Both the position numbers and the translations under genes were made by a program. The notes under the pieces were generated by a model. The model was not told where the DNA came from, searched no databases, and saw nothing but the letters and a program-made list of their open reading frames with translations. A DNA stretch of 64,000 bases from assembly GCA_963716725.1 (NCBI GenBank), contig CAVQUB010000005.1:544001-608000 (forward strand), in the 5' to 3' direction. This stretch comes from an uncultured delta proteobacterium (GTDB taxonomy: Bacteria > Myxococcota_A > Polyangia > Polyangiales > Polyangiaceae). Each line of letters opens with the position of its first letter. Position 1 is the first letter of the stretch. This document shows, piece after piece, positions 54,647 to 62,887 of the stretch.

Positions 54647-55330
54647 ATGAGGGTGCTCAGGGGATCATTGGTCGCAGCGCTCGGGCTGGCGACGCTCCAG
54701 TCCTGCTCGGAAGACGAATCCAAGAAGGCGGTCAAGGACGCCGGCAGTGACACCAACGTCGGTGGTAGCGGTGGCAGCGTCGGTGGCGCCGGCGGGACCA
54801 GCGGCAGTGGCGGGACCAGCGGCAGCGGCGGGACCAGCGGCAGCGGCGGGGTGACGGACGCCAGCGTCGATGCGGACGCCGGGCCCGCTTGCGCCGATCC
54901 GGATGCGACCACGGCTCAGTGGCGCGATTGGGCGGCCAACGTCTGCAAGCCTTGCCCTGCCTCCAAGGCGACATGCAAGGATCTCGTCCTGGCGAGCTCC
55001 GCGTTCGATGCGTCCGCGAAGCAGCTCACGCTCAGCTTGAACTCTGGCGTGACGGAGATCGTATCGGGGACGGTCTCGTTCACCTGGAACACGATGGCGA
55101 CCGATGGAAGCGTGAACACCGGGACGGTGACGAACCACGTGCTCGGGGTGAACAAGAACACGCTCACGGCAGATCTGAAGAGCCCGCTCCCCGCTGGCGT
55201 GACCAGCCTGACCCAGCTCACCGCATCGCTCACCGACGCCTGCGGCCAGACGTACACGGTCTCCGACTTCGGCGCGGTCATCGACTCGGATGACGGCGGC
55301 ACGACGTTGAACATCTACTGCGAGCAGTAG
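54647..55330 (+). CDS. Hypothetical lipoprotein with GGTSGS linker
   Basis: MRVLRGSLVAALGLATLQSC lipobox. Confidence 0.7.
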   Translation: MRVLRGSLVAALGLATLQSCSEDESKKAVKDAGSDTNVGGSGGSVGGAGGTSGSGGTSGSGGTSGSGGVTDASVDADAGPACADPDATTAQWRDWAANVCKPCPASKATCKDLVLASSAFDASAKQLTLSLNSGVTEIVSGTVSFTWNTMATDGSVNTGTVTNHVLGVNKNTLTADLKSPLPAGVTSLTQLTASLTDACGQTYTVSDFGAVIDSDDGGTTLNIYCEQ

Positions 55331-56664
55331 CCGCCCGCGATCTGGCACACGAAATCCTCGAACTTGCCGCCAGGCGAGCGCGCGATGGTCTCGCGGTACG
55401 CGATGTCGAGCGAGAACGGGTGGCCCAGCGTCTCGAGCACGAAGCTGCGCAGGCGCTGCTCTTCGTCCGGGTCGAGGGGCCGGTCTGCCACGATCTCCAG
55501 GACCAGGGATTCTATGCCGGTCTGAACCAGCCGGAACTGCCGCAGGGGAAACAGCTTGCCCAGCACCGGCGAGCCGTAGCGGGGCCAGAGCACGTCGCCA
55601 TCCGGTAGCCGCAGCATGTTGCGTGCGCGTCCCAAGATGCGCTCGATCACCGGCAGGCCGCGCCCGCAGGGGCAGGGGGCGCCCACGGTGGCGTAGTCGC
55701 CGAGGTCGTAGCGAATGAGCGGCATCGCGAAGGCATGCAGGGCAGTGGCCACGACGCGCCCCGACTCCCCAATGGCGCACGGCGCGCCATCGTCGCGCAG
55801 GATCTCCACGAAGACGTGCTCCGACTGCACGTGGTAGTGCTCGTGCTCGGGGCACTGCAACGCGACGTAGCCGAGCTCGACCGTGGAATAGGCGTCGACC
55901 AGCGGCACGCCGAGGACGCGTTGGCAGCTCTCCCGCAAGTCCGCTGGGAGCACCTCGCCGAGAGTACCCAGCTCGAGCAGATCGGGTAGCTCCGTTCCTT
56001 GGTCTTCGATCTCGGCGATCAAGGCAGCGGCGTTGTTGGGATAGGTCACGAGGTACGAAGGGGCCTCGCGCTCGAGCCACGCCAGCTGATCGCGCACGGG
56101 CGTGTGCACGTCCAAGAGGGCTAGCGGTCCGCTGCCCGTGCTCGGAGCCCAACGCGGCTCGTGCTTGCCGTGCGGAGCGCGTGCGCCGGATTTGATGGCG
56201 CGGATCCCCGCTGCCTTGCGACCGAGGTCGCGTCCGTGCCAGCGGTGATCGCGCAGCGCCAGCGCCTCACCGATGGCGGCGCTGATCGCGTCGATCTTCA
56301 CCGTCACGTGCTTGCCGGTGGAGCCCGAGGTGTTGGCCTCGTGGAGCACGCGGTGAGCCGCCGGGGTGTCGCTGCTCACCAGGGCGTCGGCGTGATCGCG
56401 CAGGGATTCGCGCGTCAGGAGCGGGATTTCACGAAAGCGTCCGGGGTCCCGTGCATCGGTCGGCAAGTTCGCATAGTGCGGCACGGTCGCTCGCGCGTGG
56501 GCGAGGAGACGCCCCAGCCGCGCCCGTTGGTGGGTCTCCAGCTCCCGCGCGCTCAGGCGCTCGGTGGCTGTCAGGAGCTCCGCCATGTGTGCTCGCGAGC
56601 TGCCTCGAGCCGCGAGCTCGGCCAAGACCTCGAGCACCGAATCCCCGGAGCCGACCTCGGGCAC
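55315..56664 (-). CDS. Phenylacetate-CoA ligase-like (PaaK/CapK) adenylate-forming enzyme
   Basis: TSGSTG, YSTVELG, MPLIRYDLGD, ILGR, GKF. Confidence 0.88.
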   Translation of the reverse strand: MPEVGSGDSVLEVLAELAARGSSRAHMAELLTATERLSARELETHQRARLGRLLAHARATVPHYANLPTDARDPGRFREIPLLTRESLRDHADALVSSDTPAAHRVLHEANTSGSTGKHVTVKIDAISAAIGEALALRDHRWHGRDLGRKAAGIRAIKSGARAPHGKHEPRWAPSTGSGPLALLDVHTPVRDQLAWLEREAPSYLVTYPNNAAALIAEIEDQGTELPDLLELGTLGEVLPADLRESCQRVLGVPLVDAYSTVELGYVALQCPEHEHYHVQSEHVFVEILRDDGAPCAIGESGRVVATALHAFAMPLIRYDLGDYATVGAPCPCGRGLPVIERILGRARNMLRLPDGDVLWPRYGSPVLGKLFPLRQFRLVQTGIESLVLEIVADRPLDPDEEQRLRSFVLETLGHPFSLDIAYRETIARSPGGKFEDFVCQIAGGYCSQ

Positions 56665-56667
56665 GGG

Positions 56668-58842
56668 TCATCGCACCATCGCCGGCGGGCGGCTCGTGGG
56701 GCGGAAGACTTTCCGGCGGAAATCTTCCAGAGCGCGAGAGGGTTCGGCGCCCAGCTCTCGCTCCAGGATCTTGCGGAACTCGTCGTACTGCGCCCGCGCT
56801 TCACCCGGGCGTCCCATGTGCACGAGCGTATCGAGCAGCGACACCAGGAGGTCTTCGCGGTAGGGAGCGAGGCGTACCGCGCGGCGCATCAGCTCGAGTG
56901 AACGCTCGGCCTCGCCCTGGGTGGCGAGCACGGCGGCCAAACGCTCGAGGGCGGTGACCTGTTGTTCCGCGAGCTCGCGGCGGTCGAGCTCGCACCACTC
57001 GGCGTAGGGCTCGTCCTCGAAGAGCTCGCCGCGGTAGAGCGCGACCGCTTGCTCGAGAGCGTCGATGCTCTGGGGCGCGAAGTCGTGGACCGCGCGGAGC
57101 CCCCGGTTCAAGAGCGAGCGGTAGCGCAGAAGATCGATGTCCAGGGGCGCCTCGAGGTCCAGGTAATAGAGCTCGCCGCGGTTGCGCACGTAGAGCCAGG
57201 TTCGTTCGGCGCGATGTGGCTCGATCACGGATCTGAGCGCGTGCACGACCCCGTGCAAGCGGTTGGCGCCGCTCTGAGGATCGGCGTCCGGCCAGAGGTG
57301 CTCGATCAGGAAGTCTTTACTGAGCGGCGTGCCCGCCTTGAGCGCTAGCAGCTTGAGCAGGCCCAGGGCCTTGCTCCGTGGGAACTGCTCGGCCGGGATC
57401 GGTGTGCCGCGCTGAAGCAGCTCGAAGGGGCCCAGACAGCGGATCTCGAGGTCGGGCGGGGGGGCGCTGGTCACGACCACCTCGTCGCTGGCCGGATTGA
57501 GCTTCAGCCCTGGGTGGGTGCTGGCCAGGTGGATGGCCGCTTGTTGGGACATCACGAGCAGCGGCACCAGGCCCGCGGCGGCATTCGACTCGCCCTTGCG
57601 ACCCAAGTCCAAGGTGAGGAGCCCGTGAAAGCGTCCATTTTCCATCAGCGGCAAGCAGCAGGGGCTCACGACCCGGCGCGGCACGCCGCGCCGACACGGC
57701 ACTGGCCAGGCCCGACGCCCGGGATCCGGAGCGAAGCCGTGCCCATCGAGCACCGAGGGACACTCGGCCCACGCGCCGGCCTCGGCGTGGGCGCAGAGGA
57801 GGGTTGCCGGACCGGTGGAGACGACTCGTGCCGGCAATCCGGTGTTCGGATCCACCAGCGCGATGCTGCCGTAGGTGGCGTCGGCCGAACGACGGACGCA
57901 CTCGAGCAGCGCGCGCAGCTGAGCCGATGACCCGGACTCATGGGGAGCGCAGGCCTCGTCGACCGACTGACGCAACGACGCCAGGCCGGCGCGCACTGCG
58001 CTGGCCAGGGGCACCGCTACCTGCTCCAAGAGCGCGACCGCGCGGTCTGCCGGGAAGTCCTCCCGGCGAGACAGCAGGTGGATCGATCCGAAGGATCCGC
58101 GCGGTTCTTTCAGCGGAGAGCAGGCGTAGGATTTGATGCCGGAGTCGAGCACGCGTCTGCGCAGGTATCGGGGATCGTCTGCCAGGTCACCCTGCTTGAA
58201 GAACGACTCTCCCGTTGCCGTGACGATGCCGGGGTAGCCGGCCCCCGGCTCGAAGCGCGTGCGCTCGACGAGGGCCTCGCCATCGGTTCCCACCCACACC
58301 GAGAGCAGGACGTCCTTGCCGTCGGGTTCGGACAAGAAGAGCTCGCAGTCGTCGGCTCCCGCGGCGCTGCGCAGGGTCTCCAGCGCGTTCGTCAGGCTGT
58401 TGAACAGGTCGTCGGGCGAGAGGTGGGCCGCGACGGCGGCCACCACGGCTGGGATGTCGAACTCGTCGGCGCTGAGCGCAGCGCTCAGGTTCCGCTGCAC
58501 CACGTCGATCAGCGCCGCATTGTCGAAGGGCTTGGTGAGGTAGTCGCTGGCGCCCTCTTTCATCGCCTCGACGGCCGAGTCGATGCTGCCGAAGGCCGTG
58601 AGCAACACGACTCGCGTCCGTGGCCAGCGCTGCTTGATCTCGGAGAGCAGTTCCACGCCGTCCATGTACGGCATGCGGATGTCACTCAAGACCAGCGCGA
58701 ACTCACTCGACTCGAGGCGAGCGAGGGCGTCGCTCGCGGAGTACGCGACGTTGACCGTGAGCGGCAGCTCGCCCAGCAGCATGCCAATGCCGTCCGCCAT
58801 GTCACGGTTGTCGTCGACGACGAGGACGTTCGGGCCCGTCAT
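56668..58842 (-). CDS. Response regulator: REC + GAF + Cys-rich segment + winged helix + BTAD (SARP-like output)
   Basis: VVDD, LSDIRMP, LTKP; GAF GAGYPG; LGPFEL, LWPD, LYRGELFED..YAEW, PYRED, ELGAEPS. Confidence 0.85.
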   Translation of the reverse strand: MTGPNVLVVDDNRDMADGIGMLLGELPLTVNVAYSASDALARLESSEFALVLSDIRMPYMDGVELLSEIKQRWPRTRVVLLTAFGSIDSAVEAMKEGASDYLTKPFDNAALIDVVQRNLSAALSADEFDIPAVVAAVAAHLSPDDLFNSLTNALETLRSAAGADDCELFLSEPDGKDVLLSVWVGTDGEALVERTRFEPGAGYPGIVTATGESFFKQGDLADDPRYLRRRVLDSGIKSYACSPLKEPRGSFGSIHLLSRREDFPADRAVALLEQVAVPLASAVRAGLASLRQSVDEACAPHESGSSAQLRALLECVRRSADATYGSIALVDPNTGLPARVVSTGPATLLCAHAEAGAWAECPSVLDGHGFAPDPGRRAWPVPCRRGVPRRVVSPCCLPLMENGRFHGLLTLDLGRKGESNAAAGLVPLLVMSQQAAIHLASTHPGLKLNPASDEVVVTSAPPPDLEIRCLGPFELLQRGTPIPAEQFPRSKALGLLKLLALKAGTPLSKDFLIEHLWPDADPQSGANRLHGVVHALRSVIEPHRAERTWLYVRNRGELYYLDLEAPLDIDLLRYRSLLNRGLRAVHDFAPQSIDALEQAVALYRGELFEDEPYAEWCELDRRELAEQQVTALERLAAVLATQGEAERSLELMRRAVRLAPYREDLLVSLLDTLVHMGRPGEARAQYDEFRKILERELGAEPSRALEDFRRKVFRPTSRPPAMVR

Positions 58843-60620
58843 GCCTTGGTTTCCATGGCGCGGGACTCGGCAGTCGGCAAGAGGATGCGGAACGTTGTCC
58901 CGCGATTTTCGGCACTATCGACCGTCATCCGCCCGTGGTGAGCCTTGACGATGTTGTCAGCGACGGCGAGGCCGAGGCCGGTTCCCGAGGGTTTCGTGGT
59001 GAAGAAGGGCTGGAAGATCTGCGCGAGCTGATCCGGCGGGATGCCGCTCCCGGTGTCGCTGACCTCGACCACGCGGGCGGTCGCGTCCCGGTCTTGGGTC
59101 TCGTACGCGCGAATCGAGACACGATCCCCCTCCTGAGAGGCTTCGACGGCGTTCAGCGCGAGGTTCAGCAGCGCCTGGCGGAGCTGCCCGGCGTCCCCTT
59201 CGGCCCACAGCGGGGCGGCGTTGGAGCGGCTCTCGTCCGCGACCTGTACTCCGTAGGTCGCCGCCAGCGCCTCCACCGACTGCGCCACGTCTTTGCACAG
59301 TAGCCGGAGATCGACCCGCTCGTGCTCGGGAGTTCGCGGCCGCGCCAGCTCCAGCAGATCACCGGTGATCTTGCGGCAGCTCTCGGCGTTGCGGCGGATG
59401 GTCTCGAGGTGTTTCTGAATGGGGCTGCCCGGCGGCAGCTTCGCCAAGGCGTGCTGCGCGTAGAGCGAGACCACGCCGATGGGGTTGTTGATCTCGTGGG
59501 CCACGGCCGCGGCGATCTTGCCCACCACGGCCATGCGCTCGTCGTGCATCAGGTGACGCTCGAGCGCCAAGCGGTCCGTGATGTCGCGAGTGACGGTGAC
59601 CAGACCGAGCGGTGCCTCGTGGTGGTCGCGCACCACGGAGCAGGTGGCCTCGTAGCTCATGCCACTCCGCGTGAACGCAGGCTGCGTCTTCGAGCCCCGC
59701 CCGCGCGCCACGGACTCGAAGAGCGCTGCCAGCGTCTCGGGGCCGTTGGGATCGGTTTCGTCACTGGGGCCCGCCCCGCGGCGGAGTTCGCGCGCCCGCT
59801 CGTTGCTCAGCAGCACACGCCCTTCGGGATCCGAAAACGTCACTGCGTCTGCCATGCAGTCGATGATGGCCTGAAGACGCGAGCGTTCGAGCTCGATGGC
59901 CGTTCTGGTCTCGGCCAGACGCTCCTTTTCGACCGACAAGTCGTCGACCGTGGTGGCCAGGCGCAGCTCGCTGTCGTGGAGCCGCGCCGTCAGATAGCGC
60001 GCAGTGTACGAGCTCGCGACCAGGGTGAGGCCTAGACCTCCCAGGGCACCCAAGGACCAGGGGCTCAGCGTCCGACCCCAGCAAGCGTGCCCGCCGCGCA
60101 GACAATGATGCGGCAGCCAGCCGGCGCCTTCGCCGACCACGACGACGACCGCCAAGGCCAAGGCCACCAGCAGAAGCGCGGAGGCAGCGCGGGGTCGAAG
60201 CACGATGTTCGCGTTGACGACGTGCAGCACGAACAGAGAGAGGAACGGGTTTTCGACGCCGCCGGAGAAGTGCACGAGCGCCGCCAGCGCCAGGCAGTCG
60301 ATCACGATCTGGCCGGCGAAGTGCGTCAGCCAGGGGCGGCCCCAGCTCCTGCCGAGCAGCGTCAGCGCGGTGTTGTACGAGGCCAATGCGGCGAGCACCG
60401 TCCAGAGCGCGGGCGCCGAGTTCGGCGGCAGGATGCCCATGACCGGGCCCGTGACGCCGAGCACGATCGCGACGCCGACGATGGCGATCCAGCGCAGGCC
60501 CACCAGCCATCGAAAGACGGCGTCACCCGGCTCGGAGCCCGACAGCGGCGTGACGCCCCAGCGGGAGATCGCGTCGCGCAGTGTCCGTCCGGCCGTGGCC
60601 ATCGGCGCGCGGGCGGGCAT
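58839..60620 (-). CDS. Sensor histidine kinase with RegB-like membrane domain, PAS, HisKA and HATPase (start uncertain)
   Basis: LRWIAIVG, FSGGVENPF (GGxxNPF), AHEINNP, NLALNA, DTGSGI, FFTTK..GTGLGL. Confidence 0.9.
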   Translation of the reverse strand: MPARAPMATAGRTLRDAISRWGVTPLSGSEPGDAVFRWLVGLRWIAIVGVAIVLGVTGPVMGILPPNSAPALWTVLAALASYNTALTLLGRSWGRPWLTHFAGQIVIDCLALAALVHFSGGVENPFLSLFVLHVVNANIVLRPRAASALLLVALALAVVVVVGEGAGWLPHHCLRGGHACWGRTLSPWSLGALGGLGLTLVASSYTARYLTARLHDSELRLATTVDDLSVEKERLAETRTAIELERSRLQAIIDCMADAVTFSDPEGRVLLSNERARELRRGAGPSDETDPNGPETLAALFESVARGRGSKTQPAFTRSGMSYEATCSVVRDHHEAPLGLVTVTRDITDRLALERHLMHDERMAVVGKIAAAVAHEINNPIGVVSLYAQHALAKLPPGSPIQKHLETIRRNAESCRKITGDLLELARPRTPEHERVDLRLLCKDVAQSVEALAATYGVQVADESRSNAAPLWAEGDAGQLRQALLNLALNAVEASQEGDRVSIRAYETQDRDATARVVEVSDTGSGIPPDQLAQIFQPFFTTKPSGTGLGLAVADNIVKAHHGRMTVDSAENRGTTFRILLPTAESRAMETKA

Positions 60621-60994
60621 CTGAGAAGGAGCGTGCCACCCGCCCCCGGTGCGATCAAGTCGCGATCCGACCGATGGCGCCCCAGCGTGCATCGAGGCCG
60701 AAACGCCAGGACATTCCCTGGGGGGGAAGGAGCCGTCTCACCCGGACACGCACCGGGCGCGAACTCAGAGCCTGTGAGGGGGTCCCCGCCGCCCACGAAG
60801 GAAGGAGCACCGGCAGCGCTTCGGGGTCGCCGGCATGGGGGCGAGGCGCGCGAGAGACGCTGGGTCGGGTCTGTGCGGAGCCGCGAGCAGCAGTGTCGCG
60901 GACTGGGCGCGAGCGCTTCCGACCTGGACGCCTTCCCGCCCGGAGCTCTACCGCGCTCGAAGGCGAAACGGTCCTGCCAAGCGTCAGTTCCGGA

Positions 60995-61263
60995 CCCACT
61001 GCGCTGCCGCTGACAAGGACCTGAGGGGGCGTCCCGTGCACGACCCTTGGAAGTCCCTGGCGAGGGACGACCCTTGGAAGTCCCTGGCGAGGGACGACCC
61101 TTGGAAGTCCCTGGCGAGGGACGACCCTTGGAAGTCCCTGGCGAGGGACGACCCTTGGAAGTCCCTGGCGAGGGACGACCCTTGGAAGTCCCTGGCGAGG
61201 GACGACCCTTGGAAGTCCCTGGCGAGGGACGACCCTTGGAGGGGGGCGTGCAAGCACCGTCCC
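60995..61263. repeat. Left copy of an ~80-bp hairpin element, inverted relative to 62778-62857, with a tandem array in its loop
   Basis: 60995-61041 matches revcomp of 62812-62857 at 39/47; 61242-61263 matches revcomp of 62778-62799 at 18/22 (hand alignment). Confidence 0.8.
61040..61240. repeat. 27-bp tandem repeat, 7 identical copies plus 12 bp, no spacers
   Basis: acgacccttggaagtccctggcgaggg. Confidence 0.97.
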
Positions 61264-61495
61264 ACGCTCGGCGTCACGAGGGAAAGAGCACCGCATCCCC
61301 ATTTCTTTCTTGACGCGTTTCCAGGCGACTCGGGCTCGCACTTCGCCGGGCATGTCACCGAAGGCCTCTCTGTTGCGCGACGAAGCTCGCCCATCGTGTT
61401 TCGCTCGAGCGACGACGCGCGACGCGTTTGGACGCGTGAAACGCGCTCACCGTGTCGGCCGCGAGGCCAAAAAACAGCGTGTTATGCCAGAAAGC

Positions 61496-62779
61496 ATGCA
61501 CGCTCTCTCTTCGGTCTCCGATCGCGAGCTTCGCGAGCGCCTCTCCTCCGCCGTGAGCGCCGAGCAGCTGGCTTCTGCCGACGTCATCTTCCACCTGGCG
61601 GAGCTCGACCGCCGAAAGCTCTACCTCGAGGACGCCTGCTCCTCACTCTTCGCGTACTGCGTGGAGCGGCTCGGCTACTCCGAGGACGGCGCGAGCAAGC
61701 GAGTCCGTGTCGCCCGCTTGGTTCTGCGTTTTCCCCAGGCCCTCGACGAGCTCGCGAGCGGCGCCATCCACCTGACCGGACTGTTCCTGCTCTCCGGGCA
61801 CCTCACGGAAGACAACGCCGATCGACTCATCGCCGAGGCTCGCGGCAAGTCGAAGCGGCAGCTCGAGGAGCTGCTCGCTCGGTGGGCGCCCCGGTCCGAC
61901 GTACCGGCGACCATCACCCCGAGCGGGCCCGAGCCAGCTCGAGCGGAGTTATCAACAATGTCCGGGACAGGTGGCTCCGAGCTGTCGGCGCCGCCGCCAT
62001 CGGCGCACCGTCCTCGTGTCGAGCCGCTCTCGGCCACGAGCTTCCGCGTGGAATTCACCGCCAGTGCCACGCTCCGCGACAAGCTCGAACCCGCCCGGAA
62101 CCTCCTCAGCCACGCCGTGCCGAGCGGGGATCTCGCGACCCTGATCGAGCGAGCCATCGATCAGCTCATCGCCGTGGAGACGAAGCGCCGCGCGGGCGCG
62201 GGCCAGCCACGCAAGCGCCGTGAAACTCGCGCCGGCTCGCGCCACGTGCCGGTGGAGGTCCAGCGCGCGGTGCGGGAGCGGGATGGCAACCAGTGCACCT
62301 TCGTCGATGCCGAGGGACGCCGCTGCTCCGAAAATAGACCGTCCGGCCGGGCCGGAGGAGCGCCGTCCGCTGATGCGAACAGTCGCAAGGAGCCATCTCG
62401 AGTCAGGACGCTGAACACGAGTGGTTTCCTGACCATCGAGCACGTCGACCCGTACGCGATGGGAGGACCAACGACAGTGGATAACTGCTGCCTGCTTTGT
62501 TCGGCTCACAACGCCCACCGGGCGCGACAGGTCTACGGCGAGCAGCACGTCCGGAAGAAGGTCTCGGAGGCTCGCGCGGGCCGGGAAGCGAGCGGTGTGT
62601 CTGCGGGGACTGCGGCCGAGCTGAAGAGCGAAGTGTTCGAGAAGGTGCTGGCGGCTCTGCTTCACTCGGGGTTCAAGCGGCACGAGGCGCGGCGAGCCCT
62701 CGAACAGGTGCGCTCGCTCGGAGTCGAGCCGCAGCTCGAGCCCGTGCTGCGCGGAGCGCTGGCGGTACTCACTCCCTGA
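61496..62779 (+). CDS. HNH endonuclease with DUF222-like N-terminus and RuvA C-terminal-like tail
   Basis: SDREL...HLAELDRRKLY...SSLFAYC..RLGYSE; RHVP..V.R.V.ERDG.QC...C; EHVDP...GG..TVDN..LLCSAHN; tail LAALLHSGFKRHEARRAL...VLRGALAVL. Confidence 0.85.
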   Translation: MHALSSVSDRELRERLSSAVSAEQLASADVIFHLAELDRRKLYLEDACSSLFAYCVERLGYSEDGASKRVRVARLVLRFPQALDELASGAIHLTGLFLLSGHLTEDNADRLIAEARGKSKRQLEELLARWAPRSDVPATITPSGPEPARAELSTMSGTGGSELSAPPPSAHRPRVEPLSATSFRVEFTASATLRDKLEPARNLLSHAVPSGDLATLIERAIDQLIAVETKRRAGAGQPRKRRETRAGSRHVPVEVQRAVRERDGNQCTFVDAEGRRCSENRPSGRAGGAPSADANSRKEPSRVRTLNTSGFLTIEHVDPYAMGGPTTVDNCCLLCSAHNAHRARQVYGEQHVRKKVSEARAGREASGVSAGTAAELKSEVFEKVLAALLHSGFKRHEARRALEQVRSLGVEPQLEPVLRGALAVLTP

Positions 62780-62857
62780 GACGGTTCGTGCACACCCCCG
62801 ACAAAGGGGGGGTGCACGGGATGCCGCCTTTGGTCCCGGCAGCGGCAGCGCCGTGGG
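62778..62857. repeat. Right copy of the hairpin element; may also be the left end of the IS1182-like element
   Basis: gtgcacaccccc-gacaaa-gggggggtgcac stem-loop; starts within the HNH stop codon. Confidence 0.75.
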
Positions 62858-62887
62858 CACGAATGCCGACGGGTAGAAGTGTTCGTG

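Noticed and set aside
61040..61240. CRISPR array
   Set aside because: Units are contiguous and identical with no spacers, and no cas genes are present
60835..62223. ORFs reading through the 27-bp array (DDPWKSLAR, VVPRQGLPR and similar repeats)
   Set aside because: The unit is a multiple of 3 without stops, so several frames are open; flanking translations are not protein-like
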